Source of the DNA: an uncultured Eubacteriales bacterium
GTDB lineage: Bacteria; Bacillota; Clostridia; Christensenellales; CAG-138
Direction of reading: 5' to 3'
Assembly (NCBI GenBank): GCA_902789675.1
Contig: CADAPG010000003.1
Coordinates: 1 to 58,501 of the forward strand
Length of the DNA: 58,501 bases
Positions 49,270-58,501 of this stretch are shown here, in pieces. Positions within the stretch are counted from its first letter, which is position 1. The number at the start of each line of letters is the position of its first letter. The notes beneath the pieces were generated by a model. That model had not been told where the DNA came from and ran no database searches. It saw nothing but the letters and a program-made list of their open reading frames with translations. The translations under genes and the position numbers were made by a program.

Positions 49270-49411
49270 ATAAAGCAAACCTCCCGTCCGATGATATTAT
49301 CAGTATAGCGGCAAGCCGATTTGATGTCAATAAACGGAACGGCGTTTCGTCGGATGTTTCTGCCGGGGAACGAAAAAAGCGGCGCAAACGCGCCGCATAA
49401 CGGAGGCTAAG

Positions 49412-50653
49412 TCAGCCTTCCTTCTTCGACATATAATAGGAAACGACGAAGCCCGCGGCAAGACAGAGGACCGCAGCGGGGATGAACCACCACTGCGCAA
49501 GGCTTGCGCCGAACGCGGGACCGAAGCACTTCGCCTTCAGGAAGATCGCATAGGGCGAGGCAAGCATCAGCGCAAGGATGCCGTAATAGGTCGGCGTGGG
49601 ATGCTTGTCAAGGAGCCACCGGATCGCCTTCGACACGATCAGAAGACCGAGGATAATGCCGATGCCGAACGGGATCAGCACCAGAAGATGCGGACCCATC
49701 GCGGCAAAATTCAGCGTGAAGAGACAGACCACGGCGCTCTTGAGGTGCGTCATGACGCTGTAGTAGTATCCCAGCACGAGCATGACCATCGAGCCGGAGA
49801 TGCCCGGTACGATCATGGTGCCCGCCGCGATAAAGCCGAGCAGCAGAGCAAGGAGCGCGCTCCACACGCCGTTGTGCAGCGCGTCGACGGCGCGGTAGGC
49901 GGGGGAGGTCAGCGTTTCGCCGGAATCGCGCGCGGTGATCGTCAGCGTGCCGTCCGCGTTCATCTGCAGATCGAATACGCTCGCGTTTTCCTTTTCGACG
50001 GTCAGGAACGCTCCGCCGGAAAGCTGCAGGAACAGCTTCTTGTCCGTGCCGCTGCGCAGCTGGTAGCCGTCAGAAGGCTTGCCGAACGTGCCGCCTGCGC
50101 TCTTGATCTCCCACACGGAAACGCTCGTGTCGCCGTTGTGCACGGTCAGCGTGTCTTCGCCGCTCTCCGTCAGCACCACGCGCTCGCCCACGGAAAGCGT
50201 GTCGGCGGCGGAAAGCTTTTTGAAGCTTTCGGACGTGTTGCTGTTCAGATACGGCAGCAGCACCATCAGCGCGATCATCACGAGCGCGACGAGGATGTAG
50301 CCGGGCTTTACCTTATGTCCCCTGATGTTTTTGAACAGCATCGGAAGCGAGCCCAGGATCAGACCCGAGAACAGCAGGATCGTGAAGAACTCGAAATTCG
50401 CGAGCAGCCATGTGACGACGAACGACAGCGCGACGACGCCGAGTACGATGCCGACCGCATACGGGATCAGCTTTTTGATCGCGGCGCGGCGGCGGACTTT
50501 GTCCTTTGAGGTGATGGAGACGGCATCCTCGTAGACGCCGATGGCGAGAAGCATCGATCCGCCGGACACGCCGGGGATGACGATGGCGAGACCGACCAGC
50601 GTGCCCTTGAGCACGGCGACGATCCAGTTTAAGATTTTCTTTGACGTTTTCAT
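49412..50653 (-). CDS. DUF368 family membrane protein with a ~125-aa soluble insertion
   Basis: Two PG(V/I)SG motifs (IPGVSGGS, VPGISGS..LGYY); hydrophilic insert between the two halves. Confidence 0.85.
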   Translation of the reverse strand: MKTSKKILNWIVAVLKGTLVGLAIVIPGVSGGSMLLAIGVYEDAVSITSKDKVRRRAAIKKLIPYAVGIVLGVVALSFVVTWLLANFEFFTILLFSGLILGSLPMLFKNIRGHKVKPGYILVALVMIALMVLLPYLNSNTSESFKKLSAADTLSVGERVVLTESGEDTLTVHNGDTSVSVWEIKSAGGTFGKPSDGYQLRSGTDKKLFLQLSGGAFLTVEKENASVFDLQMNADGTLTITARDSGETLTSPAYRAVDALHNGVWSALLALLLGFIAAGTMIVPGISGSMVMLVLGYYYSVMTHLKSAVVCLFTLNFAAMGPHLLVLIPFGIGIILGLLIVSKAIRWLLDKHPTPTYYGILALMLASPYAIFLKAKCFGPAFGASLAQWWFIPAAVLCLAAGFVVSYYMSKKEG

Positions 50654-50834
50654 GGTTCCATTGTACGGCAGCGCGGCCGTTTCGTCAACCGTGCGCGGGG
50701 ATTTCTTACATCTTATTCACAAACGGGTCTGCGGCGTTTTTGTTCGCAAAACGTTGAATTTCCGACAAACTCATTTCACAATCGGCGCATACAATAGCAA
50801 TCGTAAAATCAAACATGCGATGGAGGTCGCTCTG

Positions 50835-52085
50835 ATGGAATATAACGGATACAACGGATATCGCGGATACAACGCATCCTATGAACCGAAACGGAAAAAG
50901 CAAGGCGTCGGCGCCGCGGTGCTGATCGCCTGCACGGCGATGGCGGTGGTGATCGGTCTGTTCGCGGGCGTTCTGCTGATGAACAGCACGATCCGGAAGG
51001 AACGCGCCGCAGAAGTGAAGCCTGCGGTGACTGCAGCGGCAGAGGAGCCTGCGCAGATGCCTTCCGGAGAGACGGCGGCGGCGACTTCCGAGCCGGCGCA
51101 GGCGGGATCGGTCTCGACCGGATTCGCCTATGAAGGACAGTATACGCGCGCGCAGATCGTGGAGCTTTGCGCGCCGAGCGTCGTCGGCATCGACGCGGTG
51201 TTCGAAACGACGGTCTCCTACTGGGGCAGACCGCAGACCTATGAACAGCAGGGCAGCGGCAGCGGCGTGATCCTGACCGCGGACGGCTATATCGCCACCT
51301 GCGCGCACGTCGTGGACGGCGCGAAGTCGATCACCGTCACCCTGAACGACGACGTATCCTATCCGGCGACGCTCGTCGGTTCGGACGCGCGCAACGATCT
51401 TGCCATCATCAAGATCGAAGCGACGGATCTCGTTCCCACCGTGCTCGGCGACAGCGACATGCTGACCGTCGGCGAGGACGTGATCGCGATCGGCAATCCC
51501 CTGGGCGAGCTGCGCGGCACGGCGACCGGCGGCATCATCTCGGCGGTCAAGCGCAGCATCACGGTCGAGGGAACGGACATGCAGCTGATCCAGACGGATG
51601 CGGCGATCAGCCCGGGCAACTCCGGCGGCGGACTCTTCAACGCCTCCGGCAAGCTGATCGGCATCGTCAACGCGAAGGTGTCCGATTCGAACGCGGAGGG
51701 TCTCGGCTTTGCGATCCCGGTCAACAGCGTGGTCAAGGAGATCAACGATCTTCTGAACTTCGGCTACGTCACCGGCCGCGCGTACCTCGGCGTATACACG
51801 CAGAACGTCACGCTGACGAACGACTTCGGCTTCTTCTCCTACGGCGGCACGCGCTGCGTGCAGATCACGGACGTGGTGAAGGGCGGTCCGGCAGAGGCGG
51901 CGGGACTGAAGGCGGGGGATCTGATCCTGGAGATCGACGGCAAGACCGTATCCTCGAACGACGTTCTGTCCGATCTGATCGCGTCCTACAACGCGGGCGA
52001 TTCCGCAACGCTGACCGTTCGCCGCGACGGAAACCGCACGGAGATCCGCGTCACGTTCGCGGAGTATGTTCCGACCGAACCGTAA
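50835..52085 (+). CDS. htrA: HtrA-family serine protease with PDZ domain
   Basis: TM, GSGSGVI, TCAHVV, DLA, IQTDAAISPGNSGG, C-terminal PDZ; GGAGG RBS. Confidence 0.92.
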   Translation: MEYNGYNGYRGYNASYEPKRKKQGVGAAVLIACTAMAVVIGLFAGVLLMNSTIRKERAAEVKPAVTAAAEEPAQMPSGETAAATSEPAQAGSVSTGFAYEGQYTRAQIVELCAPSVVGIDAVFETTVSYWGRPQTYEQQGSGSGVILTADGYIATCAHVVDGAKSITVTLNDDVSYPATLVGSDARNDLAIIKIEATDLVPTVLGDSDMLTVGEDVIAIGNPLGELRGTATGGIISAVKRSITVEGTDMQLIQTDAAISPGNSGGGLFNASGKLIGIVNAKVSDSNAEGLGFAIPVNSVVKEINDLLNFGYVTGRAYLGVYTQNVTLTNDFGFFSYGGTRCVQITDVVKGGPAEAAGLKAGDLILEIDGKTVSSNDVLSDLIASYNAGDSATLTVRRDGNRTEIRVTFAEYVPTEP

Positions 52086-52095
52086 CATTCAAATG

Positions 52096-52142
52096 AAAAA
52101 CGGGAGCCGCTGCAGATTCTGCAGCGGCTCCCGTTTGTTTTT
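52096..52142. terminator. bidirectional terminator
   Basis: AAACGGGAGCCGCTGCAGA-T-TCTGCAGCGGCTCCCGTTT. Confidence 0.8.
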
Positions 52143-52157
52143 CGGGAAAAGGGTGCG

Positions 52158-53054
52158 TCAGCGCCTCAGCGGAGGCAGGTCGGACGGCGTGGTCGCCTTG
52201 GTGACCTTGAATTCGCGGGAATAGAGGACCTTTCCGCTCTTGCTCTGGTATTCGACCAAAAGGCTGACGTCGCTGATGTATGCGCCGAGCGCGTTCACGC
52301 CGTTCTGATAGAACGACGCAGACAGATCCACGCCGTATTGCAGCGAGGACCGGAGCTGTTCTTCGCTCGTGTAATAGGGATCGACCGTATAGCGGGCGCA
52401 AACGGTGATCCGATGCCCGCTCAGGGAGACGTCGGTGCGAAGCGTGCCGAGCGACAGCAGACCCGAGAGCGAGGAGGCGAGGTTCGCGTCGTCGATCCAT
52501 TTCTGCAGCATGCGGTCCTGTCCGCTCTTGATGTCGCTTTTCGCGGAGGAGCAGAAGGACGACCACCTGGAATCGAGCTTCTTCAGCGCGTCCCGGTCGC
52601 GATCGGCGAACGCCTCTTCGGTGCTGTCCTGCAGATCGTAGTATTCCTCAAGCTTCGACGAGGACAGGAAGGCGAGCTCCGTCTGACGGAACGGGGTCTG
52701 ATTGATGGAACGGTACGTCGAGAAGACGGAGCGGAGGTTGTTTGCAAACGCGGACCACTCGTCGATGCGATCCTCCAGATCCTCCAGCTCGCCGTCTTCG
52801 CAGGCGTTGCGGATGGCTGCTTCCAGCGCGCGGTTTTCGGCGGACTCGCTGTCGGTCAGATACTTCTTCTCGTCGGCGGTCAGATATTTCGTCTGGATCT
52901 CGGCAAAGATACGTTCCTTGGTCTGCTCCTCCGTTTCGGAGAGCAGGTCCCACAGATCCGACGCGGCAGGCGTGCTGCGTTCGGCGACGGAGGCGCACGC
53001 CGCGCAGGTAAGCAGCGTCATAAGCGCCAGTATCACGGCAATGATTCGTTTCAT
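52158..53054 (-). CDS. putative lipoprotein
   Basis: MKRIIAVIL..CAAC signal; GAGG RBS; helical body. Confidence 0.75.
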   Translation of the reverse strand: MKRIIAVILALMTLLTCAACASVAERSTPAASDLWDLLSETEEQTKERIFAEIQTKYLTADEKKYLTDSESAENRALEAAIRNACEDGELEDLEDRIDEWSAFANNLRSVFSTYRSINQTPFRQTELAFLSSSKLEEYYDLQDSTEEAFADRDRDALKKLDSRWSSFCSSAKSDIKSGQDRMLQKWIDDANLASSLSGLLSLGTLRTDVSLSGHRITVCARYTVDPYYTSEEQLRSSLQYGVDLSASFYQNGVNALGAYISDVSLLVEYQSKSGKVLYSREFKVTKATTPSDLPPLRR

Positions 53055-53103
53055 AATCTGATCCTCTTTCGTTTTGCGGCAGTTGTTTGTTCGGTTTGCG
53101 GAC

Positions 53104-54927
53104 TCAATCGTCCAGATCCACGAACTGGCTGTGGATGTAGGCGAATCCGTCGTCGTATACGATCATCGCCCATTCGCCCTGGATCTCGATGACCTCGACC
53201 TTCTTTCCTTTGTTGATCGCGCCGAGACGCTCGCTTTCGACGTCCGGCTCCCTGCGCACGGTGACGCGGTTGTTGACCCGCACGATCGTGCCGATATGGT
53301 GCACGGCGACGTAGTCGCGGTGGACGTAGGCGACGCCGCCCATGTATTCGATCATCACCCAGTCGCCGACTCTGCCCAGCACGATGACCGTTCTGCCCCA
53401 CTTGAATGCGTCGAGCTTCCTGCTGTCGGAGTTCGGCTCCTCGCGGACGTTTGCGGCGTTGTTGCAGTGCAGGATCGTGGCGACCCTCCGCTCGGTTGCG
53501 GGAACCGGCGTCGGGGTCGGCGTGGGAGTAGGCGTGGGCGTAGGCGTGATGTACGGCGTGGCTGTGATGTCCGGCTCGGGCGACAGCGTAATGGGCGGAT
53601 CGTTCATCAGATCAAAGGGGGCGGGATCCGACTTTGCGGTCGGCGTCGGATCGTCGTGCGGCAGTTCCGCCGGGCGCTGTTCGGGCGCTTCCGTGATCTG
53701 CGCGGCCGACGCTTCGACCTGCTGTGAGACCGGCGTCTGCCCGTCTGCGACGGAGAGGTATTCGTTGATCCGCACGGCGGAGACCTTGGATCCTTCGAAC
53801 AGGAACGATTCCGTTTTGGCGATCTGTCCGTTCGGACCGTAGGTGATCCGTTCGACCGGCTTTTTCGACAGGGAGATCTCCTTGAACCCATGGATCACGG
53901 AGAGATAGGACTCCTTCGTCAGGAGCGTTCCCGCATCGTCGTAGGAATAGGTGAAGATCTCTCTTCCGAGCGTATCCTCAAGATCGCCTTTCGCTTCCGC
54001 GATCAGCCCGTGAAGCCGCGTTCCGGGGACGGAAGGCTCCTTCTCCAGGAAATAGCGGATTCCGATCTCGACGGGCTCGACGTCGTTGAATTCGTATGTG
54101 ACATGCACCAAAAGGTCCCTGGCGTCGTAAACGCTCGTTTCGCGCAGGGTGAAGCCCGCCGCGTTGTCATAGGTCGAGAGCGTCTCGGTCCGTCCGCCGT
54201 CCGGATCCGGAACGACCGTTTGCTCAGAAATGAATCCGAAGACGGCTTCGCCGTTGCGGTATTGCGTCATCAGTCCCCCGTACGAGAACTTTGCGTTTGC
54301 GTACTGCGGATAGCTCTTCAGGCATTCCATCGCGAAGGAGCAGCAATCGGCACGGGTAAAGGAACCGCGGGAAACGTCCGTAAGCTTCACGACGGGTACG
54401 GCGTCGGTCGGATTCTCGCATGCGATCCGAACGTCATACCGGCAGCCGTCCTGTTCCCAACTGATGAGGGAGGGGCTGTTTTCGGCGTCGTATTCGTATC
54501 GGAAGGTCAGCGTCTCCGCGTCGGTGCGCTTCTCGCGAACAAGGCAATTCGGCTCATACGAATAGATCGTGGAGGACAGACGACGGAGGGAGCCGTCCGA
54601 TTCGACGCTGTTGAGCGAGGACTCGCGCAGCACCGTCCGGTTCGCTTCCTGCTTTTTTGCGGCTGCCTGTTTTCCGGACAGGAGCAGAAGCGTCGCGCTC
54701 GCCGCGATGAGGGCGACGAGGGCAAAGAGGATCGTAAGCCCTGCCCAGAGCGGGAAACGCTTCTTTTCGCCTTTGGGCTTGCTTGTCTTTGCACGGGCGG
54801 GCTCGGGCGAAGACGGCGCGGGGACTTCTTTTCTGCGATAGACCTTTCCGCAGCGGGGGCAGCGGAAGCTTTCACCGGGCTTGATCCGGTCGGTATTGAT
54901 ATTTGTCTGACAGTTTTTGCAGATCAT
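53104..54927 (-). CDS. zinc-ribbon / single-TM protein with YD-like beta region and two bacterial SH3 domains
   Basis: CKNC..CPRCG, TM, YEYD/YSYD strands, PT linker, two NVR.EP..S..L..W..I.Y..AY(V/I) SH3b repeats. Confidence 0.85.
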   Translation of the reverse strand: MICKNCQTNINTDRIKPGESFRCPRCGKVYRRKEVPAPSSPEPARAKTSKPKGEKKRFPLWAGLTILFALVALIAASATLLLLSGKQAAAKKQEANRTVLRESSLNSVESDGSLRRLSSTIYSYEPNCLVREKRTDAETLTFRYEYDAENSPSLISWEQDGCRYDVRIACENPTDAVPVVKLTDVSRGSFTRADCCSFAMECLKSYPQYANAKFSYGGLMTQYRNGEAVFGFISEQTVVPDPDGGRTETLSTYDNAAGFTLRETSVYDARDLLVHVTYEFNDVEPVEIGIRYFLEKEPSVPGTRLHGLIAEAKGDLEDTLGREIFTYSYDDAGTLLTKESYLSVIHGFKEISLSKKPVERITYGPNGQIAKTESFLFEGSKVSAVRINEYLSVADGQTPVSQQVEASAAQITEAPEQRPAELPHDDPTPTAKSDPAPFDLMNDPPITLSPEPDITATPYITPTPTPTPTPTPTPVPATERRVATILHCNNAANVREEPNSDSRKLDAFKWGRTVIVLGRVGDWVMIEYMGGVAYVHRDYVAVHHIGTIVRVNNRVTVRREPDVESERLGAINKGKKVEVIEIQGEWAMIVYDDGFAYIHSQFVDLDD

Positions 54928-55952
54928 AACATATCTCCTGTGAAAACCGGTACGTCGTCATCTTCCGTTTCTTCCGTCGGTTCGGTACTCTGCGGGGGAT
55001 CCTTCTTTTCGGGCGCGGGGTCCGCTTTTCTCGCGGGCAGGGACCGGAAATACAGGATCAGACCGACGACGCCCATCGCAAGGATCGCCCATCCGAACAG
55101 TCCGATCAGGAACTTGCCGAAGGCGCCGGAAACATGGAAGGTGTTTTCAAATTTGTATTCTCCGCGCAGGACCGCCTGGATCCATCGGATCATGACGGCG
55201 TTCACGGAAACCACGTGCCGTTCGAAGGTCGAAAGGGAAAGCTTCTCGACCGTCGAGCGGATCCCGGACAGCACGGCGGCGTTCCAGATGATGACCGTGA
55301 GACCGTCCGCGATCAGAAGACCGTAGGTGAACGGATGTTCGCCTTTTCGCCTGCGCAGCAGCAGCGGCAGCAGAACCGGCAGCGGCAGCAGAAGCAGGAT
55401 CAGCATCTCCGGATGCCCGACCAGCGTAAACGAGGGCGCGTTGGTGCCGCTGAGGGTGAATTCGCCGCCGAACGCAAGCTTCATAAACGGCATCCCGGTC
55501 GAGCGCGCCGCAGAGTAGACGAAGCGGCAATACGGGAGGAACGCCGCGAGCACGACGAGCAGCAGCAAGAGCTTCGAAACGAGGGAAATGATCCCGAACG
55601 CCTTTTGCTCGCGCGTCCGGAATTCGATCGCGCGATTCAGACGGGCATTGAACGACGCGGGCTTCGGCGCGGACGGAACGGGTTTTGATTCCGGCTTCGG
55701 CGCGGGCGCCGCAGGCGGGATCCGCTGCGGCTTGCTTTGGGTTACGGGCTTCGGCTCCGGCTTCGGCGCGGGGGCCGCAGGCGGGATCCGCTGCGGTTCG
55801 CTTTGGGTTACGGGCGGAACGACCGCGGGCGATTCCGCAATCGGCTGTTCCGCCGCCTGCTTCGGGATGCTCCGCTTCTTGATGGGCGATCCGCAATGAA
55901 CGCAGAATTCTGCGTCGTCGCGAAGCTGTTTTCCGCAAGTTTGACAATACAT
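54924..55952 (-). CDS. zinc-ribbon multi-TM membrane protein
   Basis: MYCQTCG..FCVHCG, Pro-rich 22-aa duplication, four TM helices; AGGAG RBS. Confidence 0.85.
   Translation of the reverse strand: MYCQTCGKQLRDDAEFCVHCGSPIKKRSIPKQAAEQPIAESPAVVPPVTQSEPQRIPPAAPAPKPEPKPVTQSKPQRIPPAAPAPKPESKPVPSAPKPASFNARLNRAIEFRTREQKAFGIISLVSKLLLLLVVLAAFLPYCRFVYSAARSTGMPFMKLAFGGEFTLSGTNAPSFTLVGHPEMLILLLLPLPVLLPLLLRRRKGEHPFTYGLLIADGLTVIIWNAAVLSGIRSTVEKLSLSTFERHVVSVNAVMIRWIQAVLRGEYKFENTFHVSGAFGKFLIGLFGWAILAMGVVGLILYFRSLPARKADPAPEKKDPPQSTEPTEETEDDDVPVFTGDML
55691..55815. repeat. 66-bp-period coding tandem duplication
   Basis: PVTQS(E/K)PQRIPPAAPAPKPE occurs twice; DNA copies at 55691-55749 and 55757-55815. Confidence 0.85.
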
Positions 55953-56017
55953 ACCTGTTTTCTCCTGCTTTTTCGGTTTATGTTTGTTCGTGCAAACCGG
56001 TTCTCTTTGCCTATTAT

Positions 56018-56052
56018 ACTATATAGACGCGGGAACGGACAATCGGGTTTGA
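56018..56052 (-). promoter_or_regulatory. ECF-type promoter TCAAACCCGA-N12-GCGTCTATATAGT
   Basis: Matches 13072-13106 at 22 of 23 non-spacer positions with the same spacing. Confidence 0.7.
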
Positions 56053-56159
56053 TGATTTTTCGATTTTTTTAAAAGAAAAAAAGATATTTGCGGGAGATGG
56101 ATCGAAAAAAGCCCGGGACGAACCCGTCCCGGGCATGTGTTTTTACGGATGATGCGGCG

Positions 56160-57296
56160 TCAGAACTGGATGACGATCATCGGTCGGACAGCCTTTCCGC
56201 TGAAGTTCACCTGATATTCCCAAATATCGCCGTCGTCGTGTACGCAGTAGGCGCAGTTCGCCAGACTGGTATCATACCACCACCAGCCGTAATACTCAAC
56301 GAACTCATAGGTCTTGCTGAAATCGCCGACCCACCAGAGGCAGCGCTTCGCGTCCGCTCCCTGCGAGATCGCGTACTCGGTCGAGGACGTTTTCCGATAA
56401 TTCAGCGGCAGCCGCTTCGCGTCCTCCTTGCTCATCAGCGATACCGGCGAAGCCATCACGGCAGTCTCCTCGCTGCTGAACGCTCTGTTCCTGAAATCTT
56501 CGTTCAGCCACTTAAAGATGTCGCTGCCCAGGAAGGTGACCTCTTCGTTCTTGTTGTGGAACTTCCTGCTGTCGAGCGCGTAGACGGACAGCAGCGTGAC
56601 CTTGTTGCCTTCCTTTTCGACCACGTACCATTGGATCGGCTTCTCGCTGCCCATGGACGTCTGCGGATAGTTGCCGAACGTTACGACGTCGTACAGCGAA
56701 AGCTCGCTTGCCGATGCGACCGCTCTGCCGTTTTTCTTCAGCGGATGATCCGGCGCCGGTGTGGGCGTGGGTTCCGGCGTCGGCGCGGGTGTGGGTGTGG
56801 GCGTCGGTGCGGGCGTGGGTTCGGGCGTGGGTTCGGGCGTGGGTTCCGGCGTCGGCACGGGTGTGGGTTCGGGCGTCGGCACGGGTGTGGGTTCCGGCGT
56901 TGGCGCGGGCGTGGGCGCTTCGGTCGGCGCTTCCGCGAGCGCGGGCGTCGTCGCTTCTGTGGATTCGGACGTCGGCGCTTCGACCGGCTCTGCCGTTGCC
57001 GCAGCTTCGACCGGCTTTTCTTCCGTTTTACCGTTGCAGTTCGTTGCGGAGAAAACGATCCAGACGACTGCCGCCAGCAGCAGCGCGGACAGAACGGTGA
57101 CGCAGGCGATCAGTACCTTTTTCCCTTTTTCGGGCGGCTGCTGTCCGCCGTTCCTGTCATACTGAGAACGGGTCCCCCTCGGCGGCTCGGCATATTGATC
57201 CTTCGGTCCCTTTGATACGGGCGTTAGCTTTTTGGTTCCGCTCGGAAACGCGGTCTGTCCGTATTCCGAGCCGTTTTTATCGTACTGATTTGCCAT
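56160..57296 (-). CDS. single-TM protein with PT linker and DUF6273-like C-terminal domain
   Basis: VTFGNYPQ..PIQWYV..LLSVYALD..WLNEDF..AFS..WW..AVRP. Confidence 0.8.
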   Translation of the reverse strand: MANQYDKNGSEYGQTAFPSGTKKLTPVSKGPKDQYAEPPRGTRSQYDRNGGQQPPEKGKKVLIACVTVLSALLLAAVVWIVFSATNCNGKTEEKPVEAAATAEPVEAPTSESTEATTPALAEAPTEAPTPAPTPEPTPVPTPEPTPVPTPEPTPEPTPEPTPAPTPTPTPAPTPEPTPTPAPDHPLKKNGRAVASASELSLYDVVTFGNYPQTSMGSEKPIQWYVVEKEGNKVTLLSVYALDSRKFHNKNEEVTFLGSDIFKWLNEDFRNRAFSSEETAVMASPVSLMSKEDAKRLPLNYRKTSSTEYAISQGADAKRCLWWVGDFSKTYEFVEYYGWWWYDTSLANCAYCVHDDGDIWEYQVNFSGKAVRPMIVIQF

Positions 57297-57377
57297 ATGA
57301 TCCCCCTTTTACAATAACATGTGTGATCCGCGGCGATGCCGCAGTACGGTCATTCCTCGTTGCCGTCCGCGGCGGGT
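57283..57377. repeat. direct repeat copy 1 (leader and start of the MANQY gene)
   Basis: 57283-57356 is identical to 58321-58394 (74 bp); similarity continues to 57377/58415 and into the coding region. Confidence 0.9.
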
Positions 57378-57385
57378 GTACAGCG

Positions 57386-58334
57386 TCAGGATTCGATATT
57401 GATCCACAAAGCGGGGCGAACCGCGCCGTCCCAGGTGTGGACACGAACGCCGTCATAGCCGACGGAGCCGACATAGTTGACAATTGCGGCGAGAAAAGAA
57501 TTCATGCCGGGCGACCGCAGCCACCACCAGCAATTCCCGTCAAGAGGATTGATGTAAGCGCCGCGCTTCACAGCGTATGCCGTTGCCTGACATTTCCTTG
57601 CGCTCTCCCCGGTGAGGTATTGATTGACTTCCGTAATGCTCAGGAGGAACACCTTGTCCGTCGTGTCGCGTCCGGGAGAAGTACCGTATGACGGATTCCG
57701 ATCCGCCGTAACCGTTTCGGTTCGGATCATGGCCTGTTCATCGGCGCTGAAGGCGTTGTTGAGGAAGGTATCGTTCAGCCAGCCATGTAAAAAACAGGTT
57801 TCCCATGTTACTTCCTGTTCCTTGGCGTTATATGGCCGGCAATCGAGCGCATACCGGCTGATCACAAGCACCCGATCTTTTTCTTTTGCAAGAACCAGCC
57901 ATTCAATATCCTCTGTGCCGTTGTATGGATTGTTGTCCTGCTCATAAGAGCCGAACAGAATGATATCTCCTGCTTTTGTGCCGTCGGGTAAACGCAGTCC
58001 CGGGCGTCGGCGCTTTTGTCGTTTTTGGCGTTTCCGCGGCAGCGATGGGGTTATCTTCCGTCTTGCCTCGGTGTGTTGCGGAGAAGACGATCCAGACGAC
58101 CGCCGCGAGCAGCAGCGCGAACAGAACGGCGATGCAGACGATCAGGACTTTTTTGTTTTGATCGGGCTTTTGACCGCCGTTCCTATCATACTGAGAACGG
58201 CGTTTTCCCGACGACCCGGCATATTGATCCCCCGGGTCCTTTGACGCGGACGTCAGTTTTTTGGTTCCGCCCGGAAACGCGGTCTGTCCGTATTCCGAAC
58301 CGTTTGATCCGTTTTTGTCATACTGATTTGCCAT
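57386..58334 (-). pseudogene. frameshifted paralog: MANQY N-terminus + TM + DUF6273-like domain
   Basis: Removing one base near 57999-58004 joins ..KAPTP to GLRLPDGTKAGDIILFGSYEQDNN..IEWLVL..WWWLRSPG..VRPALWI; could also be a sequencing error. Confidence 0.75.
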
Positions 58335-58415
58335 ATGATCCCCCTTTTACAATAACATGTGTGATCCGCGGCGATGCCGCAGTACGGTCATTCCCGATTG
58401 CTGTCCGCGGCGGGT
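58321..58415. repeat. direct repeat copy 2
   Basis: Partner of 57283-57377. Confidence 0.9.
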
Positions 58416-58501
58416 TCCTCCTGCGCGGCTTTCTTTTTGCGAACCGCGAGCAGGAACACCAGAAGCAGGGCGAGGTAGGCGACGAGCAGACCCAGCGTGA
58501 T
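58388..58501 (-). CDS. C-terminal fragment of a membrane protein (partial at window edge)
   Basis: Reads ITLGLLVAYLALLLVFLLAVRKKKAAQEEPAADSNRE-stop. Confidence 0.6.
   Translation of the reverse strand: MTLGLLVAYLALLLVFLLAVRKKKAAQEEPAADSNRE

Noticed and set aside
46546-49308. 920-aa plus-strand ORF, and other long ORFs such as 24186-26744, 34924-36561, 38401-40266 and 40913-42571
   Set aside because: Antisense shadows of well-supported genes in GC-rich DNA; no motifs or RBS.

Overview
GC-rich chromosomal segment, most likely from a Clostridia-type Firmicute (inferred from sigH, mrnC-rlmB, dnaX-ybaB-recR, pth-mfd, argS-serS and radA). Housekeeping genes are interleaved with many cell-envelope genes: an amidase, an NlpC/P60 endopeptidase, CAP/Ig/LRR/FN3 and internalin-like LRR proteins, HtrA, lipoproteins, an ECF sigma/anti-sigma pair, and about eight zinc-ribbon or zinc-finger membrane proteins. 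It also encodes arcA/argF, a PhoP/PhoR-like pair and a Na/Pi cotransporter. I recognised no rRNA, tRNA, CRISPR array, integrase, transposase or reverse transcriptase. The most notable signals: (1) a near-identical ECF-type promoter in front of two distant operons of zinc-ribbon membrane proteins, one divergent from the ECF sigma gene; (2) a family of palindromic REP-like repeats with one copy translated in frame inside dnaX, next to an AAA-AAG run; (3) an AT-rich array of TTAAGAAG/palindromic motifs between convergent genes at 28.4 kb; (4) tandem DUF6273-like paralogs with an identical leader, a shared N-terminus and different C-terminal domains, one with a DGR-like NNY codon signature. All family names come from manual motif recognition, not database searches. 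Many start codons were re-picked from RBS or promoter context.
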